From a virus, in the IMG/VR virus record IMGVR_UViG_3300036978_000319, positions 1-64,000 of that record: 64,000 nt of DNA; one strand, written 5' to 3'. Positions 35,241 to 45,618 of the stretch are shown here, piece by piece. The position numbers and the translations under genes are program-made. Within the stretch, counting starts at the first letter, position 1; each line of letters opens with the position of its first letter. A model generated the notes under the pieces. That model had not been told where the DNA came from and made no database searches. It saw nothing but the letters and a program-made list of their open reading frames with translations.

Positions 35241-36700
35241 TGGCAAGTAACCTAGAGAGAAGCATACTCACAATCATAGAACCTACGATTGTTCTTGACG
35301 AGTTAGTGATTGCCGATACAGAGAGTGCTACACCAGACTCAATGACTCCTAATACACAGATTAAAAACTCTAAGATCTATAACGTAACCCCATTAGTTAG
35401 GATCAATCAATATGAAGTCAACCCTGACAACTTAATAAGCTTTAGACTTAGCAACACCGGATTCTATCCTACTCTCAAGGTTATCTTTAATGATATTGAT
35501 ACCAGTTTTACGGCTAGGTTTTTCCCAAAAGACGGTGATGTTGCGCAACTTTACATTAGATCGCAGGGTGATGAGGAAACATTTAAGCCCATCCGAATTG
35601 ACTTTACAATCATAGATGTCTATCCTATTGCAGGCAGTGGTGACAAGGTGACTAGGATTGCAGTGGAAGGTAGAATGTTTGTACCTGACCTGTTCACGGA
35701 GCGAGTTGAATACCACGAAGGAACAAGTTGGAATGCTCTTCTTGACATTGCAGAAAGCCTAACTCTAGGCTATGCAAGCAATGTTGAAGACACTAGCGAT
35801 ACCATGACCTGGATCAATCCTAACGATACGGTTGATAAGTATATCCAAGACATCGTAGCAAACAGTTACTTTGATGATGATCACTTTTTCACGGCTTACA
35901 TTGATCCCTACTATTACCTCACATTCATTGATGTTAACCGTCTCTTCTCACAAGAGGGTGCGCCTGATGTCACGCAGGGCTTTACACTTAACTCAATGGA
36001 TAGTTATGGCAATGGTGAGGGTAAGGTTGACAATTTTCCCTATTTCCTAACAAATGATGTTAAGTTTCAGGGATCAGCCAACTATATGCGAAAGCATCAG
36101 ATGGTGAATGAAACTGGATTCATTACTAAGAACAACGGCTATAAGCGATACGCACAGTTCTGGGAGCAGGGTGAGAGAGAATTTATAAGTGAATTTGTTG
36201 ATCCTATTGTGGATGAAGTTGAGGGACAAGTGTCGGCTACTAAGGGAAGACTTGTTGAGGGAGAGGTTGAAGGTCCACGAGACAACCAGGTTAGGTTTAA
36301 GTATCTTGGACAGCAGAGTCAAAATGTACATGATCAGTTTATGTATAGTGTTGTTCTCAACTATCAGAACCTATCGGAAATCACTAAGATGGGAATGGTC
36401 GCTGAACTTGACACGGTTAACCCTGCTCTTCTTAGATACACCAGGATCTTTTGTCAGGTGTTTGAATATGCAACTCCAGTTAAGCAGCAGCTAACCGCAT
36501 CGACTGAGGATGATGCAGAACCACCTGCTAATGCAGTAAAAAGAGACCCTGCTTCTAATGAAGAAGCAGATGGAGGTATCATTAATGAGTTCCTCTCTGG
36601 ATTTTATGTCATTAATGGAATTGACTGGGTTCAAATAATGCCTGGTCCAATGAAGATGAAGGTCTATCTGCAGAGAAGAGTATTTAAGCCGACTTCATAG
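35240..36700 (+). CDS. baseplate hub protein (gp27/gpD-like)
   Basis: Position between LysM protein and spike; C-terminal LSGFYVINGI. Confidence 0.6.
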   Translation: MASNLERSILTIIEPTIVLDELVIADTESATPDSMTPNTQIKNSKIYNVTPLVRINQYEVNPDNLISFRLSNTGFYPTLKVIFNDIDTSFTARFFPKDGDVAQLYIRSQGDEETFKPIRIDFTIIDVYPIAGSGDKVTRIAVEGRMFVPDLFTERVEYHEGTSWNALLDIAESLTLGYASNVEDTSDTMTWINPNDTVDKYIQDIVANSYFDDDHFFTAYIDPYYYLTFIDVNRLFSQEGAPDVTQGFTLNSMDSYGNGEGKVDNFPYFLTNDVKFQGSANYMRKHQMVNETGFITKNNGYKRYAQFWEQGEREFISEFVDPIVDEVEGQVSATKGRLVEGEVEGPRDNQVRFKYLGQQSQNVHDQFMYSVVLNYQNLSEITKMGMVAELDTVNPALLRYTRIFCQVFEYATPVKQQLTASTEDDAEPPANAVKRDPASNEEADGGIINEFLSGFYVINGIDWVQIMPGPMKMKVYLQRRVFKPTS

Positions 36701-36726
36701 AATAGATAGAAAAAGAGAGTAGAGAA

Positions 36727-38115
36727 ATGCCACTAACGGATTTAGCAGGTAGCTTTGGTGATAATCTGGGACAAATACCTGGAGTTAATGCAGTGGGACC
36801 TAAACCTAATGTACCTTCTGATTGGCAAACGATCCGAAAGAGGTTCATTAATGTCAATAAAAAAGCGTCCACATCAGGAAACGGTCTCACTGACATTGAT
36901 GATCCAACATATCTGGGTTTCACTCTTGTCTTTGACATTACAAGTCCCTTATTTAATGGAGCTACCCAGAATACGTCTGACCTATCCGTTTCTGGCAATT
37001 CAGTAGCGCAGCAGTCAGCCATAGGTTACCTAATAAAGGTAGGTGAAAATGCTCGTGCCGACTACTTAAGGGCATTTATCCAAGGCATCCAAGATATCAA
37101 TACAAGACGTCCCTATTATTGGCAAACTGTAGCTGGCGTAGACGAGGCATGGAAGTCACTGACGGCTATGGGGCCAGACCCCTATGTTGGATCTAAGGAG
37201 GGAGAGGGCATCACGATTGCATGTCTTGAGGCAATTGATCTCAAGATCACAGCCCTTTTTACTCTTTATAAGATGGCGGTGTATGACTCGGCATATAAAA
37301 GATTTGTTGTGCCACAAAACCTAAGGTATTTTGATGTTGACTTAAAGGTAGGAGAGATTAGACAGTTTAAGAGGACACTAAACCTACTAGGGTTAATTGA
37401 TCGAGGTAATCTTCTTCAAAACAATGATAATACAGCAGACGTTGTTGGTAGTAATGCATCGTTTGTCACATTTAGGTTCACTGATTGTTTATGGATACCT
37501 GAAGAGTGTGGTAAGGCGTTTGACTCGGTCTCAAACGTTGGAGGCGAAGTGGTAAGTACCTCGGTCAAATGGACATACTCAAATGTCATTATTGATGCCC
37601 AATTTGCAGGGTATGACAAAACTCTATTGGACAGCAGACAGCAGATCCCAAGCTCACTTAACTTTGCTGCACAGGCACTGCAGTTTGCAAAAGAACAGGC
37701 TGCGCAAGTTGCTCAACAGGCATTATTGGCTGCAAAAAATGCAGCTCAAAGAGCTGTCTTATCACTGGCACAAGGTCTACTCTTTGGTAATGTTCATGGA
37801 GGTTTTCAAAACTCTATTGCAAATATACTACAAAATCCTGGGGGATCTCTTGTCAATGCAACCGCTGGTGCGATTGGTGCAGCTATTCAGCAGAATGGTT
37901 CACGTGCCGATAGTGCTCCAATTGCACTGTCTGATAACATAATGCCCGAACCGCCGCCACTAGCTCGTTCTCTGCCAACCGACCGCATACAGCCAGCAGG
38001 TCGACAGCCAACCAATCGCGACGGCAGTGAGGTTAAGCAATTGTCTCCAACTAGAGCATTTGATGCGTCACCATCTGGACCACCTCCCCTACAACCTACT
38101 AAAGTACACGGATGA
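36727..38115 (+). CDS. tail tube-like/baseplate structural protein
   Basis: Context; Q/A-rich and Pro-rich C-terminus. Confidence 0.5.
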   Translation: MPLTDLAGSFGDNLGQIPGVNAVGPKPNVPSDWQTIRKRFINVNKKASTSGNGLTDIDDPTYLGFTLVFDITSPLFNGATQNTSDLSVSGNSVAQQSAIGYLIKVGENARADYLRAFIQGIQDINTRRPYYWQTVAGVDEAWKSLTAMGPDPYVGSKEGEGITIACLEAIDLKITALFTLYKMAVYDSAYKRFVVPQNLRYFDVDLKVGEIRQFKRTLNLLGLIDRGNLLQNNDNTADVVGSNASFVTFRFTDCLWIPEECGKAFDSVSNVGGEVVSTSVKWTYSNVIIDAQFAGYDKTLLDSRQQIPSSLNFAAQALQFAKEQAAQVAQQALLAAKNAAQRAVLSLAQGLLFGNVHGGFQNSIANILQNPGGSLVNATAGAIGAAIQQNGSRADSAPIALSDNIMPEPPPLARSLPTDRIQPAGRQPTNRDGSEVKQLSPTRAFDASPSGPPPLQPTKVHG

Positions 38116-39122
38116 AGATAACCGCAAAGGAGTTTCAGCAGGACAATTTGACTGGCACACAGTGGGTTGGCAGTGTTGAAGACAATCAGGACCCTCTCTT
38201 TGAGGGAAGATGTCGTATCCGTGTATACGGCAAAATGGACCAGCGGGTTAACATAGAGGACCCTAGCAGTGCCTTTGTACTACCTACTGATAAACTGCCG
38301 TGGGCAACCCAAGCCACGGCTATGACTGGCGGTAGTGATAGCGGTGGAGGATCATTTAGCCCTCCTAAGCTAGGTGCAGTTGTTGAGGTGACCTTTGACA
38401 ACGGTAACCTATACTCTCCAGTCTATCATCACTCCCTTTACATATCCGATGATGTTAAGAGCGAGGTCCAAGACTCATATGAGAATGCACATGTTCTTGT
38501 CTATGACACTTCATTTGGCCAGTCGATTGACAGTAATGGACAAGTAAGCAATGATAGAGAGGGCGAAGGCATCAAGGTTTTCTTTACAGAGAGTAAGGGA
38601 TTTGTGATTGACTATGCAACTGGTGACGGGTCAACTGTCTTTATCCTTAAGCCGGACAATGCAGTTGAGATCACTAACCCTAATGGCGACAGTGTGGTCA
38701 TGTCTAATGATGGTACCATTAAGTTTACTCACTCAGGCACAGTGACCATTGATGCAGGAGCTGATGTTGAGATTAATTGTGTAAATGCAAAGATCACGGC
38801 TAGTGCTGATGTTGAAGTTAGTTGTGTCAATGCAAAGATCGCGGCTGATGCTGATGTTGATGTTAGCTGTGCTAATGCAAAGATCACTGCCGATGCCAAC
38901 GTTGATGTCAACTGCGCCAATGCAAAGATCACTGCCAATGCCGAGGCTCAAATAGACTCTCCTAAGATTAAATTAGGTAAGACTGCGGCTGAGGCCGTCA
39001 TTAAGGGTGATACATTTAAAGAGCTCTACAACAATCATATTCACCCAACACCGGTTGGTCCAACTGAAAAGCCAGCAGTTCCAATGGATGCTGCTCTTAG
39101 CCAGGTAAGCTCAACTGACTAA
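38112..39122 (+). CDS. baseplate central spike (gp5/gpV-like)
   Basis: OB fold VEDNQDPLFEGRCRIRV...LPWA...PKLGAVVEV; beta-helix repeats; apex HIH. Confidence 0.88.
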   Translation: MKITAKEFQQDNLTGTQWVGSVEDNQDPLFEGRCRIRVYGKMDQRVNIEDPSSAFVLPTDKLPWATQATAMTGGSDSGGGSFSPPKLGAVVEVTFDNGNLYSPVYHHSLYISDDVKSEVQDSYENAHVLVYDTSFGQSIDSNGQVSNDREGEGIKVFFTESKGFVIDYATGDGSTVFILKPDNAVEITNPNGDSVVMSNDGTIKFTHSGTVTIDAGADVEINCVNAKITASADVEVSCVNAKIAADADVDVSCANAKITADANVDVNCANAKITANAEAQIDSPKIKLGKTAAEAVIKGDTFKELYNNHIHPTPVGPTEKPAVPMDAALSQVSSTD

Positions 39123-39691
39123 TGGCCTGGGGACCGCTATTTCAGCCAGCTGTCATTGCCTTTTTAGAGGTAGGTGCATCAGAAAGCCTGACCGTTACCT
39201 CACAAGCCATTGCGGCTGCATATCACCTAAATGCACAGCTTGTTATGCCTACACTGATTCCAGGCAGTCTGCCTCTAACCCTACCTGGTCCAGTAGGCAT
39301 TGGTGTTGGTCTTGAGGCATCATTTAAGTTGGCACAAGCAATAAGTTCAGGGCCACCGCCATCATCAGTATGGCTTCCGGCTGCGAGTGCAGTCATTGCA
39401 TACTGGACCGGAGCACAATTCTCGCCGCTGCCTCCACCGCCAGGTGGCTTGTTAGGCATTAATAATACAGTCCTCTTTCCTGGCATACCTAATACCCTGG
39501 CAGAAGACATAGGAGCTGCATTTAAGGCTGGTCAGCCTGCACAGTCTGCACAGGAGGGAGCTGTCCTTGTGGCATCGGCTCTTAGCTCTGCATTTCAAAA
39601 GCATCTATTGACCGTCAGTGGATTATGGACAGGGACTGCACCTGGACTTCCACCAATACCTTTTGCCTTTCCCTGGATTGGTCTTACATAA
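39122..39691 (+). CDS. Pro/Ala-rich protein after spike (possible spike tip)
   Basis: TAATG-coupled to spike; hydrophobic and Pro-rich. Confidence 0.5.
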   Translation: MAWGPLFQPAVIAFLEVGASESLTVTSQAIAAAYHLNAQLVMPTLIPGSLPLTLPGPVGIGVGLEASFKLAQAISSGPPPSSVWLPAASAVIAYWTGAQFSPLPPPPGGLLGINNTVLFPGIPNTLAEDIGAAFKAGQPAQSAQEGAVLVASALSSAFQKHLLTVSGLWTGTAPGLPPIPFAFPWIGLT

Positions 39692-39754
39692 GATCATGTA
39701 AATAAACTCCAATCAACTTTGGATATATAATACATAATCTGTAAAACTAAAAAA

Positions 39755-40891
39755 ATGATTGAACAAGAGATCCGGGTTCGCCTAAACGAAGAAGACCCAT
39801 TTGAAACCACCCAAATTAAGGTTAGTGTACCTAAGGGCACTAAGATTATGTCGACCGAACCCTATGCAGTTCAAATGTTAAAACTGTATGGCTTAATGAA
39901 TTCTGAACTTGTCGTTACGAAGGCTCAGGAAAATCGTAAAGGCAACATTGGGAGTGGTGTTATTGTAAACATTACTGGAGATACTGCTCTAATTGACATT
40001 GGTGGTAAGTACACTACATACTGCCAGCTTAATAGTGAGCGTAAAGAGATCAGAGACCAGATTGTTCCTGGTATGCAGGTTGACGTTAAGTATAAAAGAC
40101 AAGGTGAAGGCCAGATCATTGCGTCAATCTCCGATGCAGTTAATGATATGAAAGAGCAGGAGCTGATTAGTGCAATTGGTAGTAAGTCAGTCGCATTCAC
40201 AGGCCGGGTAAAGGAGCTCATTCATGGAGGTTATTGGATTGACATTAGTGGAGTAACCTGCTTTATGCCAGGCTCTCTTGCTGGTATGAATAAGCTTTGG
40301 GACTTTGAGTCACTTGTAGGTCGTGAACTTATCTTTATGCCTATCAATTATGCACAGGACAAACAGACGGTAGTCGTATCACATCGCGAATACTTGCAGA
40401 CAATACTTCCAACTAAGGTAGCCGAAAGACGGGCTAATCTTAAAGAGAGGATCACAGGTCATGTGACAGGAACTACTAAGTTTGGTGTCTTTGCTGAATT
40501 TGACTCTTGCCTAACTGGTATGATTCCTAAAGAAGAACTTGCCGAGTCGCTGTCACAATATGAAGGCCGTGAGATTAAACCAGGCGATGAAATTTCGTTT
40601 TGGGTAAAGGAGATCATTAATGACAATAAGATCACACTTACGCAGACCGGTTCAGTAGAGACTCCATGGGAAGGGGCGGAAGAGCGATACTCTCCAATGA
40701 GTTCACACGCAGGCATTGTGACTAAGATGACAAAATATGGTGCATTTGTTGAACTTGAGCCAGGCATAGTTGGTCTAATTCATAGCAGCAGTCTAAAAGA
40801 CATCATCTTTGCTAAAGGCGACAGTGTCAATGTTAGGATCCGTAGCATACTGCCTCTTGAGCAGAGGGTAAGTCTAGCCCTAGTTTCATAG
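39755..40891 (+). CDS. rpsA: ribosomal protein S1 homolog
   Basis: About four S1 domains: CFMPGS, VVVSHRE, TKFGVFAEF, TKYGAFVELEPGIVGLIH, RVSL. Confidence 0.85.
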   Translation: MIEQEIRVRLNEEDPFETTQIKVSVPKGTKIMSTEPYAVQMLKLYGLMNSELVVTKAQENRKGNIGSGVIVNITGDTALIDIGGKYTTYCQLNSERKEIRDQIVPGMQVDVKYKRQGEGQIIASISDAVNDMKEQELISAIGSKSVAFTGRVKELIHGGYWIDISGVTCFMPGSLAGMNKLWDFESLVGRELIFMPINYAQDKQTVVVSHREYLQTILPTKVAERRANLKERITGHVTGTTKFGVFAEFDSCLTGMIPKEELAESLSQYEGREIKPGDEISFWVKEIINDNKITLTQTGSVETPWEGAEERYSPMSSHAGIVTKMTKYGAFVELEPGIVGLIHSSSLKDIIFAKGDSVNVRIRSILPLEQRVSLALVS

Positions 40892-40938
40892 CATTAGTTT
40901 GTGTGCTTGCCTAGATATATAAGAAAAACGGTAGGCAC

Positions 40939-42237
40939 ATGCACTCTGACGAGCTTCTTAATGCAATTCATATGTCAAAGGTTGGATTTGAGTTTGAGTT
41001 CTATTCAAAGTCAGATCTAACCAAGACAAAGGATAGCTTAACAAGAGCCTTAGGTAAAAAGATCCGCATCGAGGATAAGGCTCATAGTGACTTTTCTCCG
41101 TCGGCAGATGTCTTTAAGATGGAACCCGACAATTCAGGCGGGACAGGTATGATTGAGCTTGTCACAGGGCCAATGCAGTACCCTGAGGCTAAAGTGATCC
41201 TAGTTAAAGTCCTAAATTGGATTAAAGAGAACGGCAGTACTAATGACCGTTCATCAATACATGTTAATCTTGCGTTTGATCTTGAAAAGATGGGAGCCAA
41301 GTTTGACATGACAAAGCTTGATGTTGGTAAGTTTGTCCTAAGCTTTGATGAAGACCTAGTGTATAAGACATTTCCTAACCGAGAGGGATCTGTCTATGCA
41401 AAGTCAATTAAGTTTGCAATGCCAATCAACGGCATGACACAGCGCTCACCTGGCAAACTGGACTGGAAGAACTATCAGTTTGTGAATGAAAAGTATTATG
41501 GAGTAAACTTCACAAAGATACCTAAAGGCTATATTGAGTTTAGGTACCTAGGTGGTGCAGGCTATGAGAGCAAGTATACACAGATCCTAAAAATGATGGA
41601 TCACTTCATAGTCTCTCTCTATCAGACCCTTGACAATCCTACATATACAGAGCAGGAAGAGCGTGAATTAGACAGTCTACTTGCAAGACATAGGGATGTT
41701 ATTAAGGCATACCGCTCATACGATGACTTTGCCCAGCTCTACCCCAACATTAGGTTGATGGTTGATCTCAAAACGGCAACCCAACTAATTAAGATGTACT
41801 ATCCGCAAATGAGAGAGCGGCTATTTGGTCTTCTCACTAAGGCTGATATGAAAGAGGGTTTTATCAACTATGACTCTGATCAAGGTAAGATGCAGGTAAA
41901 AGGCGCAAAGTTACACCGATGTTTTTTGGTGGAAGACCTTGATTTTGTTGAGTGTGAGTTAAAGGGAAACATTCTATCATGTGACATATTTGACTGCGAA
42001 GTAGAGAGTTCATCACTTATCACATGTAACATATTTGGACGTAGCGTGATTAAGGGCAGCAAGGTTGAAAACTGCTATACTAGCAGAAATGTTGAGGTTG
42101 ATGACTGCTATGTGTTTGGTCAGAATACTGTCTTTAGTGGACAGATGAAGGACGGCATATTTAGACAAGGTCGTGCAACTAAACACGCCAAGTTTGATGG
42201 CACCGAAGTGATAGAGATTGAAAAAATTAAGCAATAA
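40939..42237 (+). CDS. putative amidoligase (COOH-NH2 ligase) with C-terminal beta-helix
   Basis: GFEFEF, EPDNS, IELVT, SIHVN, KYYGVNF, IEFRYLGG. Confidence 0.75.
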   Translation: MHSDELLNAIHMSKVGFEFEFYSKSDLTKTKDSLTRALGKKIRIEDKAHSDFSPSADVFKMEPDNSGGTGMIELVTGPMQYPEAKVILVKVLNWIKENGSTNDRSSIHVNLAFDLEKMGAKFDMTKLDVGKFVLSFDEDLVYKTFPNREGSVYAKSIKFAMPINGMTQRSPGKLDWKNYQFVNEKYYGVNFTKIPKGYIEFRYLGGAGYESKYTQILKMMDHFIVSLYQTLDNPTYTEQEERELDSLLARHRDVIKAYRSYDDFAQLYPNIRLMVDLKTATQLIKMYYPQMRERLFGLLTKADMKEGFINYDSDQGKMQVKGAKLHRCFLVEDLDFVECELKGNILSCDIFDCEVESSSLITCNIFGRSVIKGSKVENCYTSRNVEVDDCYVFGQNTVFSGQMKDGIFRQGRATKHAKFDGTEVIEIEKIKQ

Positions 42238-42240
42238 AAG

Positions 42241-43083
42241 ATGTCATTAGTCGATTGCACAGATCCTGCTTCACAGGCATGTCTTGATTCTCTAGTTAAA
42301 GAAATCAATGATGAGTTAAGTATTGCTTGCCAAATTCCATTCACAGTTCCTAAGAAGGCTCTTGTACGTATGATTAATCGTGCTAAGGAGTACTTTTACA
42401 AGATCTATGAAGATAGTGTTGAGGAAATGTTTATTGCTCTGCCAGCGGGTAGCTTTGCTAAGGATAGCTTTAGAAAGGGAATTGGCACGCCAGGCGAAGT
42501 GTTAAGCCAGGTTAATATAGAGAACAGCAGAGGCATCATAGCAATGCCGCCTCGCGTCTGGGCTGTCAATAATGTGTTTGAGATAGGCGGGTTCCAAGGA
42601 GAAGACGGTGGCTTTGGAAGTCGCAGTTTCTCGGCAGGAGATCCTGACTTTGCAATTGATAAGTTCATCTACTCCAATACATTTGGAGCAGGCATTGGTT
42701 CGGAGAACCTAATGTATTATGTCATCAATGAAATGTTTATTGACAATGCTAGGCAGATCTTGCAGCAGCAAATTTCATATTCATACAATCGCCTAACTAA
42801 TAAGTTTCGCTTTCAGGGAGAACTTCCTAAAAGAGCAGTGATCTTTCAAATTTATGCAACGGTACCTGACTGTGCTCTCTACAGTGATGAAGCCTTTATT
42901 AGGTACTGTATTGCTCAGGCTAAGATTCAGTTAGCCAGGATCCTAGGTACATTTAACTATACTCTACCAGGCAACATTACTATCAACTATGATATGATTA
43001 AGAGCGAAGGTAAAGAGGAGTTGGACGCAATCGTACAAGAAATTAAAGATGACGAGGGAGTAGACTTCCTGTACACAGGGTAA
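42241..43083 (+). CDS. neck protein (gp13-like)
   Basis: YCIAQAKIQLARILG...LPGNITINYD...EGKEEL pattern. Confidence 0.7.
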   Translation: MSLVDCTDPASQACLDSLVKEINDELSIACQIPFTVPKKALVRMINRAKEYFYKIYEDSVEEMFIALPAGSFAKDSFRKGIGTPGEVLSQVNIENSRGIIAMPPRVWAVNNVFEIGGFQGEDGGFGSRSFSAGDPDFAIDKFIYSNTFGAGIGSENLMYYVINEMFIDNARQILQQQISYSYNRLTNKFRFQGELPKRAVIFQIYATVPDCALYSDEAFIRYCIAQAKIQLARILGTFNYTLPGNITINYDMIKSEGKEELDAIVQEIKDDEGVDFLYTG

Positions 43084-43134
43084 CCTAAATATCATAGTAA
43101 TTGAATGGGATATATAGACTAAACTACACTTCCC

Positions 43135-43497
43135 ATGTTGATGGACATCTATAATAGAGACCCGGGCTCAACTAATTACGATCCTACTAGGTTGGAGGTT
43201 AATGATGATCTATCAGAACTCATTCTTAAGATTGAAAACACGCTATTCACGCGCAGAACAGAGGTATTAGGAGCTCCTAATTTTGGCGCTAATCTTGATG
43301 ACCTAATCTTTTCTTTGGTCCTAAATGAGTCTCTTCTTGCAAATGAGATCAATGATCAAATCAACTCATACTGTGTGCCTGGTTATAGTAAGTACCGGGT
43401 AGAGACCAGGGTAAGTTTTTACAGTACGATTGAACGCGACGGCGCACTAATTGACATTTTTATTAATGATCAAAGAGTTATAGGTGCACTATTCTAA
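43135..43497 (+). CDS. baseplate wedge gp25-like protein
   Basis: LFTRRTEVLGAPNFGANLDDLIF. Confidence 0.75.
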   Translation: MLMDIYNRDPGSTNYDPTRLEVNDDLSELILKIENTLFTRRTEVLGAPNFGANLDDLIFSLVLNESLLANEINDQINSYCVPGYSKYRVETRVSFYSTIERDGALIDIFINDQRVIGALF

Positions 43498-43511
43498 AAA
43501 CATCAAGGTAA

Positions 43512-45344
43512 ATGTCATTTTTTAGCAAAACGAGAATAAGAGCAACTGAACTCTATCAAGATGCCTTCGTCTTCCTCCAGGAAAAGTATGAGCAGGGAAC
43601 TGAGGTCTTTACACCTGCATCTCCATTTGGACAGCTCTTAACCGTGACAGCTAACCTAGGAGAACTTATCTTCTATTATATTGAGGCTACTATAACAGAG
43701 CTTAACATTTTTAGGGCTCGTAACATTGAGTCGATTTATGGCCTATCCAGACTGACTGGCCATGATCCAACTAGAGGCATTTCCGCTAGAGGTATTATTG
43801 GACTTAGGCCTAACACAAGTGCATCTACTCAAGTTACAGGCAACTTTATTCAGATTAATCGCCTATCTAAGGTTAAGATCATTGATAACGGGCTAGACTA
43901 CTTCATTAACTTTAATAGTGACTATATTCGTCTACAGAAAAACACACGTGAGTTTGTTAATGTTGAACTTATCCAGGGTGAAATTGAAACCCAGCAGTTC
44001 TCAGGCACCGGCGGAGCGCTACAAAGCTTTAACGTTGTGACACGTGAGTCTACTGATAATGATCTTGTTAAAGTGACAGTTGATGGTGAACTGTACGAAA
44101 CTATTGATTCACTATACGATATGGCAAAAGGTCAGCGAGCTGTCTTAACTAAGAGCAGTGTTAGTGGTGGTCTTAGCATCTTCTTTGGTAATCTGCAATT
44201 TGGCTATCCGCCGCCATTAGGATCAACTATAATTGTTGAGTATGTTAAGACTAGAGGTGCGGCTGGTAACATCGGCGGCAAGGCAATAAGCTTTAAGTTT
44301 ATTGACCCAGGCACAAATCAGAGTGGAGAAGAGATTGATCTTAATGAAATGCTCTCAGTCAATGTGGTTCGTAACCCAAACTTTGGAAGTGACACCGAGG
44401 ATCCTGCATTCACTCGCCTAATTGCGCCGCGTGCTAGTCGTTCATTTGTTCTTGCTAACCCAAACAATTACATATACTATCTTAGCAAGTATGACTTCTT
44501 TTCCTTTATTGATGCCTACAATACAAAGGATGACCAATACCTGGACGATGACAATATCATCTATCTCTTTCTCATACCTGACATTAAAAAGAAGCTAACA
44601 ACTAACACAGACTATTTTAATGTTCCGGTTGGTGAGTTTGTACTGACCGAGGGAGAGAAAGAGCAGGTGATTGACATTCTAAACCAAAGCGGTCGCCAAG
44701 TTGTGACAGCTGAGGTTAGGATTAAGGATGTCATCCTTGAAAAGTATGTTCTTAATATAGTTCTTAGGTACTATGACAATGTTGATAAGGGAGAGATCTC
44801 AAATCAGATAAGAAAGAGACTTAATGACTATTTCCTAAATGTTAATAGACGTGACAGGATACCTAGGTCAGACCTTGTGGCAATCATTGAGGGAATCACT
44901 GGGGTGGACAGTGTTAGTGTCTTTTACATATCAGAAGAAAACGAGGCGGCTATTCGCAATGGGTATTATTTTGTCCCTGTATATGGCACCGACCCGGCCA
45001 CAGATCAGCAGGTCCTAATTGAGAATAAGAAGATTATGCTGACCGAAGGCCAAGATCCGCAATTAGGTCTTGATGAATTTGGAGATGTTGTGATTGGCAT
45101 TGATGAACTTGCCATAATTAGAGGTGGCTGGGAAGACAGGAATGGTAACTTCTATGAAGAGGTTCCAGCTGACAATATGCTATGTTCATTAAACATATTC
45201 TTCAAGGAGGCTATTCAGGACAACCTGTACAACAGGACACAGCAAACCAAGTTTGATAATCTAAAGAGAACTCCAGGCACTACAATTGCAACTGGAAGAC
45301 TAGCCGCTGGTTCTGCGACTACACCAAAAACACTAGCAGGATAG
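43512..45344 (+). CDS. baseplate wedge gp6/J-like protein
   Basis: IFFGNLQFGYPP, YVKTRGAAGN; follows gp25-like gene. Confidence 0.8.
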   Translation: MSFFSKTRIRATELYQDAFVFLQEKYEQGTEVFTPASPFGQLLTVTANLGELIFYYIEATITELNIFRARNIESIYGLSRLTGHDPTRGISARGIIGLRPNTSASTQVTGNFIQINRLSKVKIIDNGLDYFINFNSDYIRLQKNTREFVNVELIQGEIETQQFSGTGGALQSFNVVTRESTDNDLVKVTVDGELYETIDSLYDMAKGQRAVLTKSSVSGGLSIFFGNLQFGYPPPLGSTIIVEYVKTRGAAGNIGGKAISFKFIDPGTNQSGEEIDLNEMLSVNVVRNPNFGSDTEDPAFTRLIAPRASRSFVLANPNNYIYYLSKYDFFSFIDAYNTKDDQYLDDDNIIYLFLIPDIKKKLTTNTDYFNVPVGEFVLTEGEKEQVIDILNQSGRQVVTAEVRIKDVILEKYVLNIVLRYYDNVDKGEISNQIRKRLNDYFLNVNRRDRIPRSDLVAIIEGITGVDSVSVFYISEENEAAIRNGYYFVPVYGTDPATDQQVLIENKKIMLTEGQDPQLGLDEFGDVVIGIDELAIIRGGWEDRNGNFYEEVPADNMLCSLNIFFKEAIQDNLYNRTQQTKFDNLKRTPGTTIATGRLAAGSATTPKTLAG

Positions 45345-45345
45345 C

Positions 45346-45615
45346 ATGCCAAGCATACAGGATAGAAGAGTTGGGTTTCCAAGCCCATACCGTAAGACAT
45401 ATGAACAAGGCTGGGAACTTAAGAACCTAGGCTATGACTACGGAGAAACCTTAATGAAGAGAACACTCTCTAGTTATATGTTTAGGAATCCAAATGTGGC
45501 TGAGTTTTTAACCAATCATCTACAGCCTATCATGGTTGCATATATCAATGCGGTTAAATATATCAGAGTGTACTATAACTTTGCCGTGCCAAAATGGTAC
45601 CAAAAAATTAACTAG
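45346..45615 (+). CDS. hypothetical baseplate-cluster protein
   Basis: 89 aa tightly packed between wedge genes. Confidence 0.65.
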   Translation: MPSIQDRRVGFPSPYRKTYEQGWELKNLGYDYGETLMKRTLSSYMFRNPNVAEFLTNHLQPIMVAYINAVKYIRVYYNFAVPKWYQKIN

Positions 45616-45618
45616 GAA

